This document shows positions 9,031-17,198 of a stretch of DNA of 64,000 bases, piece by piece. The position numbers and the translations under genes are program-made. The stretch spans positions 150,235 to 214,234 of the forward strand of contig JAZKJH010000002.1 in assembly GCA_040384485.1 (NCBI GenBank), given 5' to 3'. The notes beneath the pieces were generated by a model. The model saw only the letters and a program-made list of their open reading frames with translations, searched no databases and was not told the DNA's origin. Each line of letters begins with the position of its first letter. The stretch's first letter is position 1. Source of the stretch: Patescibacteria group bacterium (lineage in GTDB: Bacteria > Patescibacteriota > Minisyncoccia > Phycocordibacterales > DATDWN01).

Positions 9031-9639
9031 CTACAAGTATTTTTTCAGCACTTGAAAATCTTGAGCCAAAATATCCTTGTTCCCACCGTTATACAAAGCG
9101 ACAGCTGGATGATACAAAGGAATTATAGTTATAGGCCCATACTCTGCTTCTGCGATAAATTTTTTACCGTGCAGGCTGCCAATCTTATCTATTTTATCTT
9201 CTAAACCGAACTTTTTCATAATATACTCCATGGAAAACCGACCAAGAGTCGCGATAATCTCAGGCTGGACTATATTTATTTGTCTATCTAGAAAGTGTGC
9301 GTATGTTTTAACTTCTTTTGGACTAGGATCTCTGTTCTCTGGGGGCCTGTCATTTACAATGTTTGTTATATAAACATCACTTCTATTGAGTTGAATGGAT
9401 TCGAGCATTTCATCCAACACTTTTCCAGATTTGCCACAAAAAGGGCGTGCTGTTTCAGCCTCGTTTTTTCCTGGAGCTTCTCCAACAAACATAATTTTGG
9501 CGGAATGACTACCTTCTCCTACCACTGGAAAATACTTGTTCTCAATACGGTACTTATACAAAGGAGATTCTTTGAAATTCAATAACTCGTTTCTTATCTC
9601 CACCATTTTTTCAAATTTTTCTTCAAGACTGATCGACAT
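9031..9639 (-). CDS. uracil-DNA glycosylase, family 4-like
   Basis: MFVGEAPGKNE, RPPENRDP, LYHPA. Confidence 0.92.
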   Translation of the reverse strand: MSISLEEKFEKMVEIRNELLNFKESPLYKYRIENKYFPVVGEGSHSAKIMFVGEAPGKNEAETARPFCGKSGKVLDEMLESIQLNRSDVYITNIVNDRPPENRDPSPKEVKTYAHFLDRQINIVQPEIIATLGRFSMEYIMKKFGLEDKIDKIGSLHGKKFIAEAEYGPITIIPLYHPAVALYNGGNKDILAQDFQVLKKYL

Positions 9640-9643
9640 AGTT

Positions 9644-10252
9644 TTATTTCTTGTTTCTATTTACCCACCAATCACTATCTTTATCAAACCACCAATCGTT
9701 GGAATCGGTATTTACCATCTCCTCAGCTATAGCAAGGGCCTGTGGCGTTTTAAGTCGTTCAATAGCCTTAGTCATCCACTCCAAAGCCCGTATGTTTCCC
9801 GCATCTACCTGCTCCTTCAAAGAAAAGGCCCATTCTAGGTTGTCTGCATCTTTTACTAAGATAGATTCCGGAGATTGTCGCGCCTCATACTCTTCTATGG
9901 TTTGAAACATATCTTGTCCAAACGGAAGCGAATCCGAAATATCCTTTACTGCCTCATGCTCCTTTCTGTCCACATACTTCTGATGCACATAGTTTAAATC
10001 AGATACTCGAGACTCACCTATGTCGTGGAACAAACACATCTTCATTACTTTTGAAACGTCTACAGTGCCATCCATCATAGCTAGACAGTACCCAATAAAA
10101 GAAACTCTGTTTATGTGCTCAGCGACTGATTGGTTTCCAGTTCCTAGAAAATGAAAACCGCTTCTTGGAGTTTTAGTTAATATTCCAACTTCAAAAATAA
10201 AGTTGGTTACTTTTTGGTTTGTTGAAATTTCGTTTGGTTTGTTTTCTTCCAT
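9644..10252 (-). CDS. HD-domain phosphohydrolase (YfbR/HDDC2-like)
   Basis: RSGF...SVAEH, LFHDIGE, KDADNLE. Confidence 0.88.
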   Translation of the reverse strand: MEENKPNEISTNQKVTNFIFEVGILTKTPRSGFHFLGTGNQSVAEHINRVSFIGYCLAMMDGTVDVSKVMKMCLFHDIGESRVSDLNYVHQKYVDRKEHEAVKDISDSLPFGQDMFQTIEEYEARQSPESILVKDADNLEWAFSLKEQVDAGNIRALEWMTKAIERLKTPQALAIAEEMVNTDSNDWWFDKDSDWWVNRNKK

Positions 10253-10253
10253 A

Positions 10254-11087
10254 TTATAATGAATTAATTTCGTTAATTACTTTTTGTATTTCTGAATCCT
10301 TCAAACCTATACCTTTTAAAAGCTCAGGTTTTTCTGTAAGTTTTTTTGCTAGTACTATTCCTTGGTTTAGTAACTCTTTTTTCTCCCGTCCATTGAGTGT
10401 CACGAGACATGTTAGTGGGTGCAGTTTGGCCTCGACTATCATGTCATGTAAGTTACCTATTGGTGGATAGTTCCATCCAATCATCTTTATCCCACCTTGG
10501 CAACTACCGTACTCGATTGCGGTTGAAGTGAATTTTGTATTAGTAATAAGCCAGCCTTCGTCGAGTTGTCTTTCTCTGCCATACTTAAACGTCATTTTTC
10601 GCAAGTCGTCGAAGCGTGCCTTTATATACAAAATAACTTTTAGGTCAGATTTAGTTCCACCCTCGTTGTGGAACTTAGCCTCAGCCATGATTAGTTTCTC
10701 AGCATTCCAAGCCACCACGTCAACTTCGTGCTCCACACAAAAGCCTTTTACTATTTTACCTGACTCTGCCTCAAAACCTTGGGTTCTGAAAATCTCGGCA
10801 ATAAAATCCTCAAAAGGAAAGCCTGATGGCCCCAAATCCATAATAGCCTTTTTAAGTGAGTACTTAACAGCAACTGGCATTTCCTCTGCATGCAGTTGGT
10901 GAAAGGCGTGTCGATATATCTCATGAGTAGTTATTTCGTTCTTAAGATGTTCTTTTGTGTGCTTTATGATATCTACAACAGTTTTGCTAGAGGCACCTGC
11001 TTTTTTTAGTGAGTGTTCAAGTTTAGCGACATCAAATAGTTCTTTCGTTCCATCAGCCTTCACCACGTATATTTTTTCGTCCGTCAT
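10254..11087 (-). CDS. ATP-cone domain + Mrr-like PD-(D/E)xK nuclease protein
   Basis: N-terminal VVKADGTKELFD ATP-cone; FEDFIAEIF...EVDVVA...EAK. Confidence 0.8.
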   Translation of the reverse strand: MTDEKIYVVKADGTKELFDVAKLEHSLKKAGASSKTVVDIIKHTKEHLKNEITTHEIYRHAFHQLHAEEMPVAVKYSLKKAIMDLGPSGFPFEDFIAEIFRTQGFEAESGKIVKGFCVEHEVDVVAWNAEKLIMAEAKFHNEGGTKSDLKVILYIKARFDDLRKMTFKYGRERQLDEGWLITNTKFTSTAIEYGSCQGGIKMIGWNYPPIGNLHDMIVEAKLHPLTCLVTLNGREKKELLNQGIVLAKKLTEKPELLKGIGLKDSEIQKVINEINSL

Positions 11088-11134
11088 ATTACTTTATTAT
11101 CTCATAGAACTTATTTTGGACAAAATAATTTATA

Positions 11135-12214
11135 TTATGTTGCGTTCTCTATAACTCCCCCTCCTAGGCAAGTTTCGTTTTCATAAAAAACTACAGACTG
11201 ACCGATAGAAACTCCAACCTGTGACATGTCGAATGTTGCCTTAAAACCTTGAGCTGTTTTTTCGAGTATGCAACTTTGTTTTTCTTGCCTGTAACGTATC
11301 CTAGCTTCTAGTTTATATGGAAGCTTTAATGACTCACCACTTATAAAATGAATTTCTTTAAACAATATCTCAGTCTTTGCCTCTTTTTGCTTATCTATTT
11401 CGTCCCCAACAGTAATAGTGTTATTCTGGATGCTTTTTGCAACCACAAAAAACTTCGGATCATTCGGACCTTTTTTTGTAATACTGAATCCATGACCCTG
11501 GCCTATGGTGTAGAACATAGCACCGTCGTGAGTTCCAACGACTTCTCCTTTGATGTTGTGGACATTCCCTGACTTCTTTTCAATATAGTGCGCTAGAAAA
11601 TCCTTCATATCTACTTTTCCAATAAAGCAAAGCCCTTGGCTATCTTTTTTTTCTGCTGTTGGCAGATTAAATTCCTTTGCAAGTTTTCTAACTTCTGGCT
11701 TAGTAAGGTGTCCTATTGGAAACAATACATGTTTCAATTGCTCTTGATTTAAAGTGTGAACGAAATAACTTTGATCTTTTTCCTTATCTACTGACTCCTT
11801 GAGTTCGTACCTATCATTAGATTCGCATCGCTGGGCGTAGTGACCAGTCGCGACAAAGTCCGCGCCCATTTCGAGAGCCTTCTTCAGAAAAACCCCGAAC
11901 TTAACATATTTATTACAAAAAACATCTGGGTTTGGAACTCTTCCGCTTGAGTATTCTCGTATCATATAATCCACCACCTCATTTTTATACTCCTTTTCAC
12001 AGTCCATTGTAATAAAAGGAACATGAAGAGTAGCGCAAACTCTCATTGCACTTCGTCTCTCTTCTTTCCAGTCACATGGTAGCCACTCTGGATGCCACAC
12101 TTTCAAAAATACTCCGGTAACATCGTATCCATCTTTTATAAGTAGCGCCAAAGCAACAGAAGAGTCTACTCCTCCAGATACACCAACAAAAACTTTGGGC
12201 TTTTTATTCATCAT
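11135..12214 (-). CDS. mnmA: tRNA 2-thiouridylase
   Basis: SGGVDSSV, PNPDVFCN, ATGHYA, KDQSYF, DSQGLCF. Confidence 0.97.
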   Translation of the reverse strand: MMNKKPKVFVGVSGGVDSSVALALLIKDGYDVTGVFLKVWHPEWLPCDWKEERRSAMRVCATLHVPFITMDCEKEYKNEVVDYMIREYSSGRVPNPDVFCNKYVKFGVFLKKALEMGADFVATGHYAQRCESNDRYELKESVDKEKDQSYFVHTLNQEQLKHVLFPIGHLTKPEVRKLAKEFNLPTAEKKDSQGLCFIGKVDMKDFLAHYIEKKSGNVHNIKGEVVGTHDGAMFYTIGQGHGFSITKKGPNDPKFFVVAKSIQNNTITVGDEIDKQKEAKTEILFKEIHFISGESLKLPYKLEARIRYRQEKQSCILEKTAQGFKATFDMSQVGVSIGQSVVFYENETCLGGGVIENAT

Positions 12215-12292
12215 AATCTTTATATCACAAAACTAGGGTATTCTCATAAAACAAAAGGAAGATTTGAAGATCTTCCTTTTATACATTGGGTC

Positions 12293-12475
12293 CTAGGACA
12301 CATTACTATGTTGCCGGTTATAAATATGTGTGGCAATCATTGCCGCAACCAAATATACCAATCCAAATTCCCAAAACTTGGACTCATTTCCAAAAATAAT
12401 TCCGTACACAGCAGTGACTGAAATACCGCAAAGAAACGCGAATCTGAAACGGTCTGAATTGAATGGAACTTTCAT
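12293..12475 (-). CDS. small two-TM hypothetical protein
   Basis: SD aggagg, two hydrophobic segments, terminator hairpin 12253-12280. Confidence 0.7.
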   Translation of the reverse strand: MKVPFNSDRFRFAFLCGISVTAVYGIIFGNESKFWEFGLVYLVAAMIATHIYNRQHSNVS

Positions 12476-12574
12476 TAGATTCCTCCTATTGGTTATCCTA
12501 CAATAAAATATATCACTCGTCTAGCTTTAGATGAACAAAAAAATCAGGGTTGCCTGTTGGACAACCCTGATAAG

Positions 12575-12994
12575 TCACGAGAAGAAATTCTTAACTTTCT
12601 GCCAGAAACCAGGTTCGGTCTCTGACATGTCGAATGTCTCCCTTACAGGAGATGCTGGATAGTTGGGCGTTCGTTCTCGCTCTGGAAGGGCCTGATCTCC
12701 AAACCTCATAGGATGCCCCATGAGTGCCTTTCCGAAACTGAAAACGTATGCCATAACGCAACCCCCACCGGCATCGGAGTAACAAAATGCCAAGTCCTCG
12801 GCACCACTCGCAACGCTGATAACTTCGCCAGATCGAAATGTCCGACCACAGTTGTCGCACTTTGTTTTAGACCCCTTATACTTCGCTAGCTCGTAATAAG
12901 GGTCGTCGTCGGGAACGTACCCATCACTCACCTCAATTCCACCCATCCTCGCACCTCCAAGAATCGCGACACCTTCTATCTCTCCTGCTGCCAT
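12575..12994 (-). CDS. hypothetical Cys-containing protein (CxxC...C...C)
   Basis: SD ggagg, TTGACA at 13035-13040, terminator 12543-12571; CDNCG motif. Confidence 0.7.
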   Translation of the reverse strand: MAAGEIEGVAILGGARMGGIEVSDGYVPDDDPYYELAKYKGSKTKCDNCGRTFRSGEVISVASGAEDLAFCYSDAGGGCVMAYVFSFGKALMGHPMRFGDQALPERERTPNYPASPVRETFDMSETEPGFWQKVKNFFS

Positions 12995-13099
12995 AAGCAA
13001 CCTCCGATTACCAAACTATCACCTTTGAATTAATTGTCAAAATTTTGTATAAAAAAAACGAGAGTTACGGACGATGTATTGTCCATAACTCTCGATGTG

Positions 13100-13624
13100 T
13101 CACTGAAGATCGAAGTTACGCTTCAGTGTGTCGGCCGGAATGTAGATTTCGTACTTCTCCCTGTGTGGAGCGAGCGCGATCCAGTCATGCCATGCCGTTT
13201 CCAGTTTCCTTGTATACTTTTTGATTGAAGGCTTGTTTTCATTTCCTTCAAACAAGGTCACGTTGTCGCGAACTGGAATTTTTCCTGGACGAATCCCGCC
13301 GTTTCCTACTTCGGTGTAGTAGAAGTAGTATTCATTAGACTGAATTACGCCGGTGCCAAGAAAGAAACTTCCGTCACCACGACTGACACCGCGGAGGTGA
13401 ATCAAGTTAGTCACTTCCGGTTTTGACCAGCCATGACTCACAAAATCACCGACGATATAGGCGACAACTGCTCCTAACCCTAGACCAAACATACCAACAA
13501 AGATCGCCATCATCATGATCGGCATGTAGTCGAACAGGTCTTTTGGTGGCATCCAGGCGGCTTCAAAACCCAAAAAGGTCCCAAATACCAAACCAATAAG
13601 GCCAAAAACTAACACAACAAGCAT
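13100..13624 (-). CDS. hypothetical membrane protein (two N-terminal TMs)
   Basis: SD aaggag before MLVVLVFG; own promoter and terminator (13051-13094). Confidence 0.75.
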   Translation of the reverse strand: MLVVLVFGLIGLVFGTFLGFEAAWMPPKDLFDYMPIMMMAIFVGMFGLGLGAVVAYIVGDFVSHGWSKPEVTNLIHLRGVSRGDGSFFLGTGVIQSNEYYFYYTEVGNGGIRPGKIPVRDNVTLFEGNENKPSIKKYTRKLETAWHDWIALAPHREKYEIYIPADTLKRNFDLQ

Positions 13625-13682
13625 CCTCTGCTCCTTTTGACTCTGATATAGTGTGCACGATTGCACAAATTTCCTAGTAGGA

Positions 13683-13711
13683 ATTATACACTATAATATA
13701 AATATTGTCAA
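13683..13711 (-). promoter_or_regulatory. consensus sigma70 promoter
   Basis: TTGACA-17 nt-TATAAT on the minus strand, 8 nt past the mltG stop. Confidence 0.8.
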
Positions 13712-13719
13712 TATTTATA

Positions 13720-14721
13720 TTATCTCAGATACCTATCTCTGTTTACCTGGTGGCCCTCGAAGTTTGTAGCGTAATACATTTTTCCATCCTTACTAGAAAG
13801 GAAGTACAGGTAGTTTGTTTTGGTTGGATTCATTGCGGCCAAAATTGAATCTAGTCCCGGGTTGTTTATGGGTGTTGGAGGAAGTCCTCTGTATTTATAG
13901 GTGTTGTAAGGTGAATCAATCTGTAGATCATCCAATGATAGCTCGTAAGTGTTTTTGCCGTTTATGTATTTAAAAGTTGCATCGACTTGCAGAGGCATAT
14001 CTATACTTATTCTCTTCCACAAAATTCCGGCCACTATTTTTCTACTCTCAGTAGTCTTTGCTTCTCCTTCTAGGATAGAGGCCATAATAATTATATCCTC
14101 TATGTTTCGGCTATTGCTTTTAATCCCAGGAATTGCCAGAATCTTTTCTTCAAAATTTGTCTCCATCTTTTCTATAACAGCATCGGGTTTAGAGGATGGA
14201 TGAAAAAAGTACGTATCAGGAAACAAATACCCTTCTTTTGTTTTTGCGAGTTCGTAAAAAAGATTTTTATCAAAACCTACAAGATTTTGTTCCAGATAAT
14301 TCCCTATCTCAATAACGCCCCAGCCTTCAGGTATAGTCAGTTTCTTGTCTTCGAGTTTGGATTCTCCTGTAGTTAGTCTTTTTGCAATAGTTAACACTCC
14401 AAGTTTTTTCTCTAGCAAATAATCTCCTGCAATAATATTTTTCTCGGCTTCCATAAGGATGACTGCTATCCTAAAAATAAAAGGTGAGCGAATTACGTTT
14501 AGACGCTCTAGCTCCAAAGAAACTGCCTGAAGGTTAGTACCGTTCTCTATATGCACTATTGTATTTACCGGAAAACTTTTAGGAGGAAAAAATGAAGAAA
14601 GAACAGCAAGTAGAACAACAAGTGCAGAAAAAACTATTACCTGTGCCTTTTTATTATCTTGCTTTATTTCAACTATACTTTCCGAAACTACAGACTGTTG
14701 TATGTTTTGATTTTCATCCAT
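13720..14721 (-). CDS. mltG: endolytic transglycosylase MltG
   Basis: TIPEG, EGYLFPDTY, ASILEGEA, LQVDAT, SPYNTY, GLPPTPINNPG. Confidence 0.93.
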   Translation of the reverse strand: MDENQNIQQSVVSESIVEIKQDNKKAQVIVFSALVVLLAVLSSFFPPKSFPVNTIVHIENGTNLQAVSLELERLNVIRSPFIFRIAVILMEAEKNIIAGDYLLEKKLGVLTIAKRLTTGESKLEDKKLTIPEGWGVIEIGNYLEQNLVGFDKNLFYELAKTKEGYLFPDTYFFHPSSKPDAVIEKMETNFEEKILAIPGIKSNSRNIEDIIIMASILEGEAKTTESRKIVAGILWKRISIDMPLQVDATFKYINGKNTYELSLDDLQIDSPYNTYKYRGLPPTPINNPGLDSILAAMNPTKTNYLYFLSSKDGKMYYATNFEGHQVNRDRYLR

Positions 14722-14724
14722 AGG

Positions 14725-15951
14725 TTATATCGGTAGGTTAGATGGCGGCTCAGCTTTTCTAGATTCAGTTCTAGAGAACGTAGGAGTGCCTGCAACGGAA
14801 CCAGGAAAGTGAAAGATAGTCGCAAGTTCCTCAGTATTCAATACAAAATATGGACTTGGAGGTATTTTGTAGAAATAAGATCTTTTTTTATATGCATCAA
14901 GCATCGCTTTTTTTTCAAACTGCAGATCCTTTGGTTTCTTAGAAGAAAATCCTCGACTTGGTTTAAATCCGTTTAATGAGGAATTGAAATGCATAACCCC
15001 TCCCACAAGTCCTCCGATATTAGCCATATTGAACACATCCTTATTTGCGATATACATCATTCGCATACCCACATCAAAACCTGACTTAGAAACACTTCTT
15101 TCGAGTGCTGCGATAATATCGCTTTCACCGGAAGTAAGACTTCTGTTTGTACCAGGAACTGGTTTTCCTTCCGCATCCTTATCACCTTTTGTTTTAGCAA
15201 TTATTTTGTTTATCTCTTCCTCTGCACCTTTCTGCCATTTTAGATCAACTAGTTTCCCTGTTACAGGATCAACATTCTCAGCCTTGTGTCCACGTATAAT
15301 AATCTGAAACCATGCCTGATGTCCTGGTGGTATGGCCCCCATAGCTTCAATAAGTGGTGTAATCGGGTCGAGTTTGTATTCTTCTTTTGGATCCTTTTCC
15401 AAACCATAATCAATATATGTTTTTATAGGATATGCATCAGGTTTTGTAAGATCAAACTCCGTTGCCCAGATATCGTTTACCTCTGGGGTATAAGTTACCT
15501 CCAGTGAGTAGTCGTCTTGTTCGTATATCTCTATCCCAGGGTACTGAGAGTAAAGGTTTGCTTCTATCTTGTTTTTGTCTCCTTTTTTCACCCAAGCAAG
15601 AAACTTTACGACCCCACCTAGCGAAACTATTTCGAGGGACTGCCACATACGTAACTTGCCTTTCCAATGCTTTTCTAAAAACGTCCCCTCACTACCTGGA
15701 TCCCACATCCCGTTTATAAAAAACTCAGTTGCTCGAGGAGATTTAAAAACATCTTTTGGAGGCTTTATTTCCAAAACTATATACTCCTGCTTGTTAAAAA
15801 AAAGACCCCTTCTGTACCGCATCCATAAATCAAAATTTATTTTGATTAGAAAAACAGGTATAGCAAAAAAGATGGCATAGAAGAAAAACTGAAGCGCTAC
15901 TTTTATAAACGCGGTTATGTCTCCCGAACCTAACTGACTGAGAAAATCCAT
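14725..15951 (-). CDS. conserved hypothetical membrane-anchored protein
   Basis: 408-aa ORF, N-terminal TM, C-terminal LNTEELATIFHFP...EPPSNLP; core-like composition. Confidence 0.75.
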   Translation of the reverse strand: MDFLSQLGSGDITAFIKVALQFFFYAIFFAIPVFLIKINFDLWMRYRRGLFFNKQEYIVLEIKPPKDVFKSPRATEFFINGMWDPGSEGTFLEKHWKGKLRMWQSLEIVSLGGVVKFLAWVKKGDKNKIEANLYSQYPGIEIYEQDDYSLEVTYTPEVNDIWATEFDLTKPDAYPIKTYIDYGLEKDPKEEYKLDPITPLIEAMGAIPPGHQAWFQIIIRGHKAENVDPVTGKLVDLKWQKGAEEEINKIIAKTKGDKDAEGKPVPGTNRSLTSGESDIIAALERSVSKSGFDVGMRMMYIANKDVFNMANIGGLVGGVMHFNSSLNGFKPSRGFSSKKPKDLQFEKKAMLDAYKKRSYFYKIPPSPYFVLNTEELATIFHFPGSVAGTPTFSRTESRKAEPPSNLPI

Positions 15952-16039
15952 ACAATAATTATACCCGAGTTTTAAAAAAAGTATATTTATCTGTAGGGAA
16001 AACTCAAAACAAAAACCACCATAGTGGTGGTCTTTTGTT

Positions 16040-17077
16040 TTATGCTAGTGCGTATTTTCCGTCTTTTTGCTTTTTGAAAAACTTTGAGTTCTGTAGGTTT
16101 ACTAGGATTGTGTTTTCTTTCACATATCTTTCCTTCATTACCTTTTTCACGATATCTTCTTTTGTCATAGGACCGTTCTTTTCGATAATGCCTCGTATAA
16201 CGTCTCTTACAACTCCGCTCATATAACCCCATTCAGAAAGAGCGTACAATCCACGTCCTACTAGTACGAACCTTGGGTCTTTTATAAGCTCGTTGTGTGT
16301 AGTCGCTACGTGAGCCTTCTTTTTGAACAACTCTGTGATTAGTTTTGCCACTTCTCTGAAGTGAATAGGAGAACCGTGTCTTCTGATAACCAGGAAGGCG
16401 TAGTCTCTCATACCTTTTGCATTGATGTTTGATGAGCCAGATTTACCCCATTCTCCTAGTGGGTTTTTGTCGATAAGTTTAGACAGGTGCAACCATCGTT
16501 TTGCTATTTCTTCGTTTTTGTATTTGTCTGAAACATCTTTTACATGCTCTAGGAACTTTTCAACCATGTCAGACTCTAGCAGTATCTCGTCGTCAGAAAG
16601 AGTTGCGTACAGGTTTCGTAGTGACTCATGAATCTTCTTTGTTAGTTCTTTGTCTACTGTCCATCGGTGCTTGAACTCGTTGTCTTCTTTTTCCTTGTGG
16701 AAATCGTCGCCCACTGTCAGTAGGAAGTGGATTTGGTTTTGAGTAGATTTGTCTTTAGATATGTGTTTCAAAAATGCATCCTCTCCGATAGTACCACCCA
16801 TCTCATGCATTATCTTTTTTAGCTCATCAAAAACAGCCTTTTCTTTTGCATACTCCTTTGATTTTCGGATATTGATAATAGAGTAGTTTTCTATTTGTCT
16901 TACTCTTTCTCGTGTAATCTTGTACTTCTTTCCGATAGCCTCAAGAGTCATGCGTTTTGTATCGTTACCTAGTCCAAAACGAGATGTAATCACGTCTTGT
17001 GCTCGGTCACCTAAAACAGACACAAGTCTCTTTATAACTTGTTTTGGTTTAAATGTTATTGGTACTTTTTCAGCCAT
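16040..17077 (-). CDS. sigma70 region-4 HTH plus C-terminal winged-helix (HARE-HTH/RNAP delta-like) protein
   Basis: RFGL...TLEAIGKKYKITRERVRQIE; HNELIKDPRFVLVGRGLYALSEW. Confidence 0.75.
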   Translation of the reverse strand: MAEKVPITFKPKQVIKRLVSVLGDRAQDVITSRFGLGNDTKRMTLEAIGKKYKITRERVRQIENYSIINIRKSKEYAKEKAVFDELKKIMHEMGGTIGEDAFLKHISKDKSTQNQIHFLLTVGDDFHKEKEDNEFKHRWTVDKELTKKIHESLRNLYATLSDDEILLESDMVEKFLEHVKDVSDKYKNEEIAKRWLHLSKLIDKNPLGEWGKSGSSNINAKGMRDYAFLVIRRHGSPIHFREVAKLITELFKKKAHVATTHNELIKDPRFVLVGRGLYALSEWGYMSGVVRDVIRGIIEKNGPMTKEDIVKKVMKERYVKENTILVNLQNSKFFKKQKDGKYALA

Positions 17078-17198
17078 AAATTAATTGATGAGTTAATTAT
17101 TTAATAAATTGAAACACTAAAGCTTGTCTATTTGTATCATTATTAACAAACTAAGTCAACCCTTGACGATAGCTCTCTTAAAAACGCTTAAAACAGGC

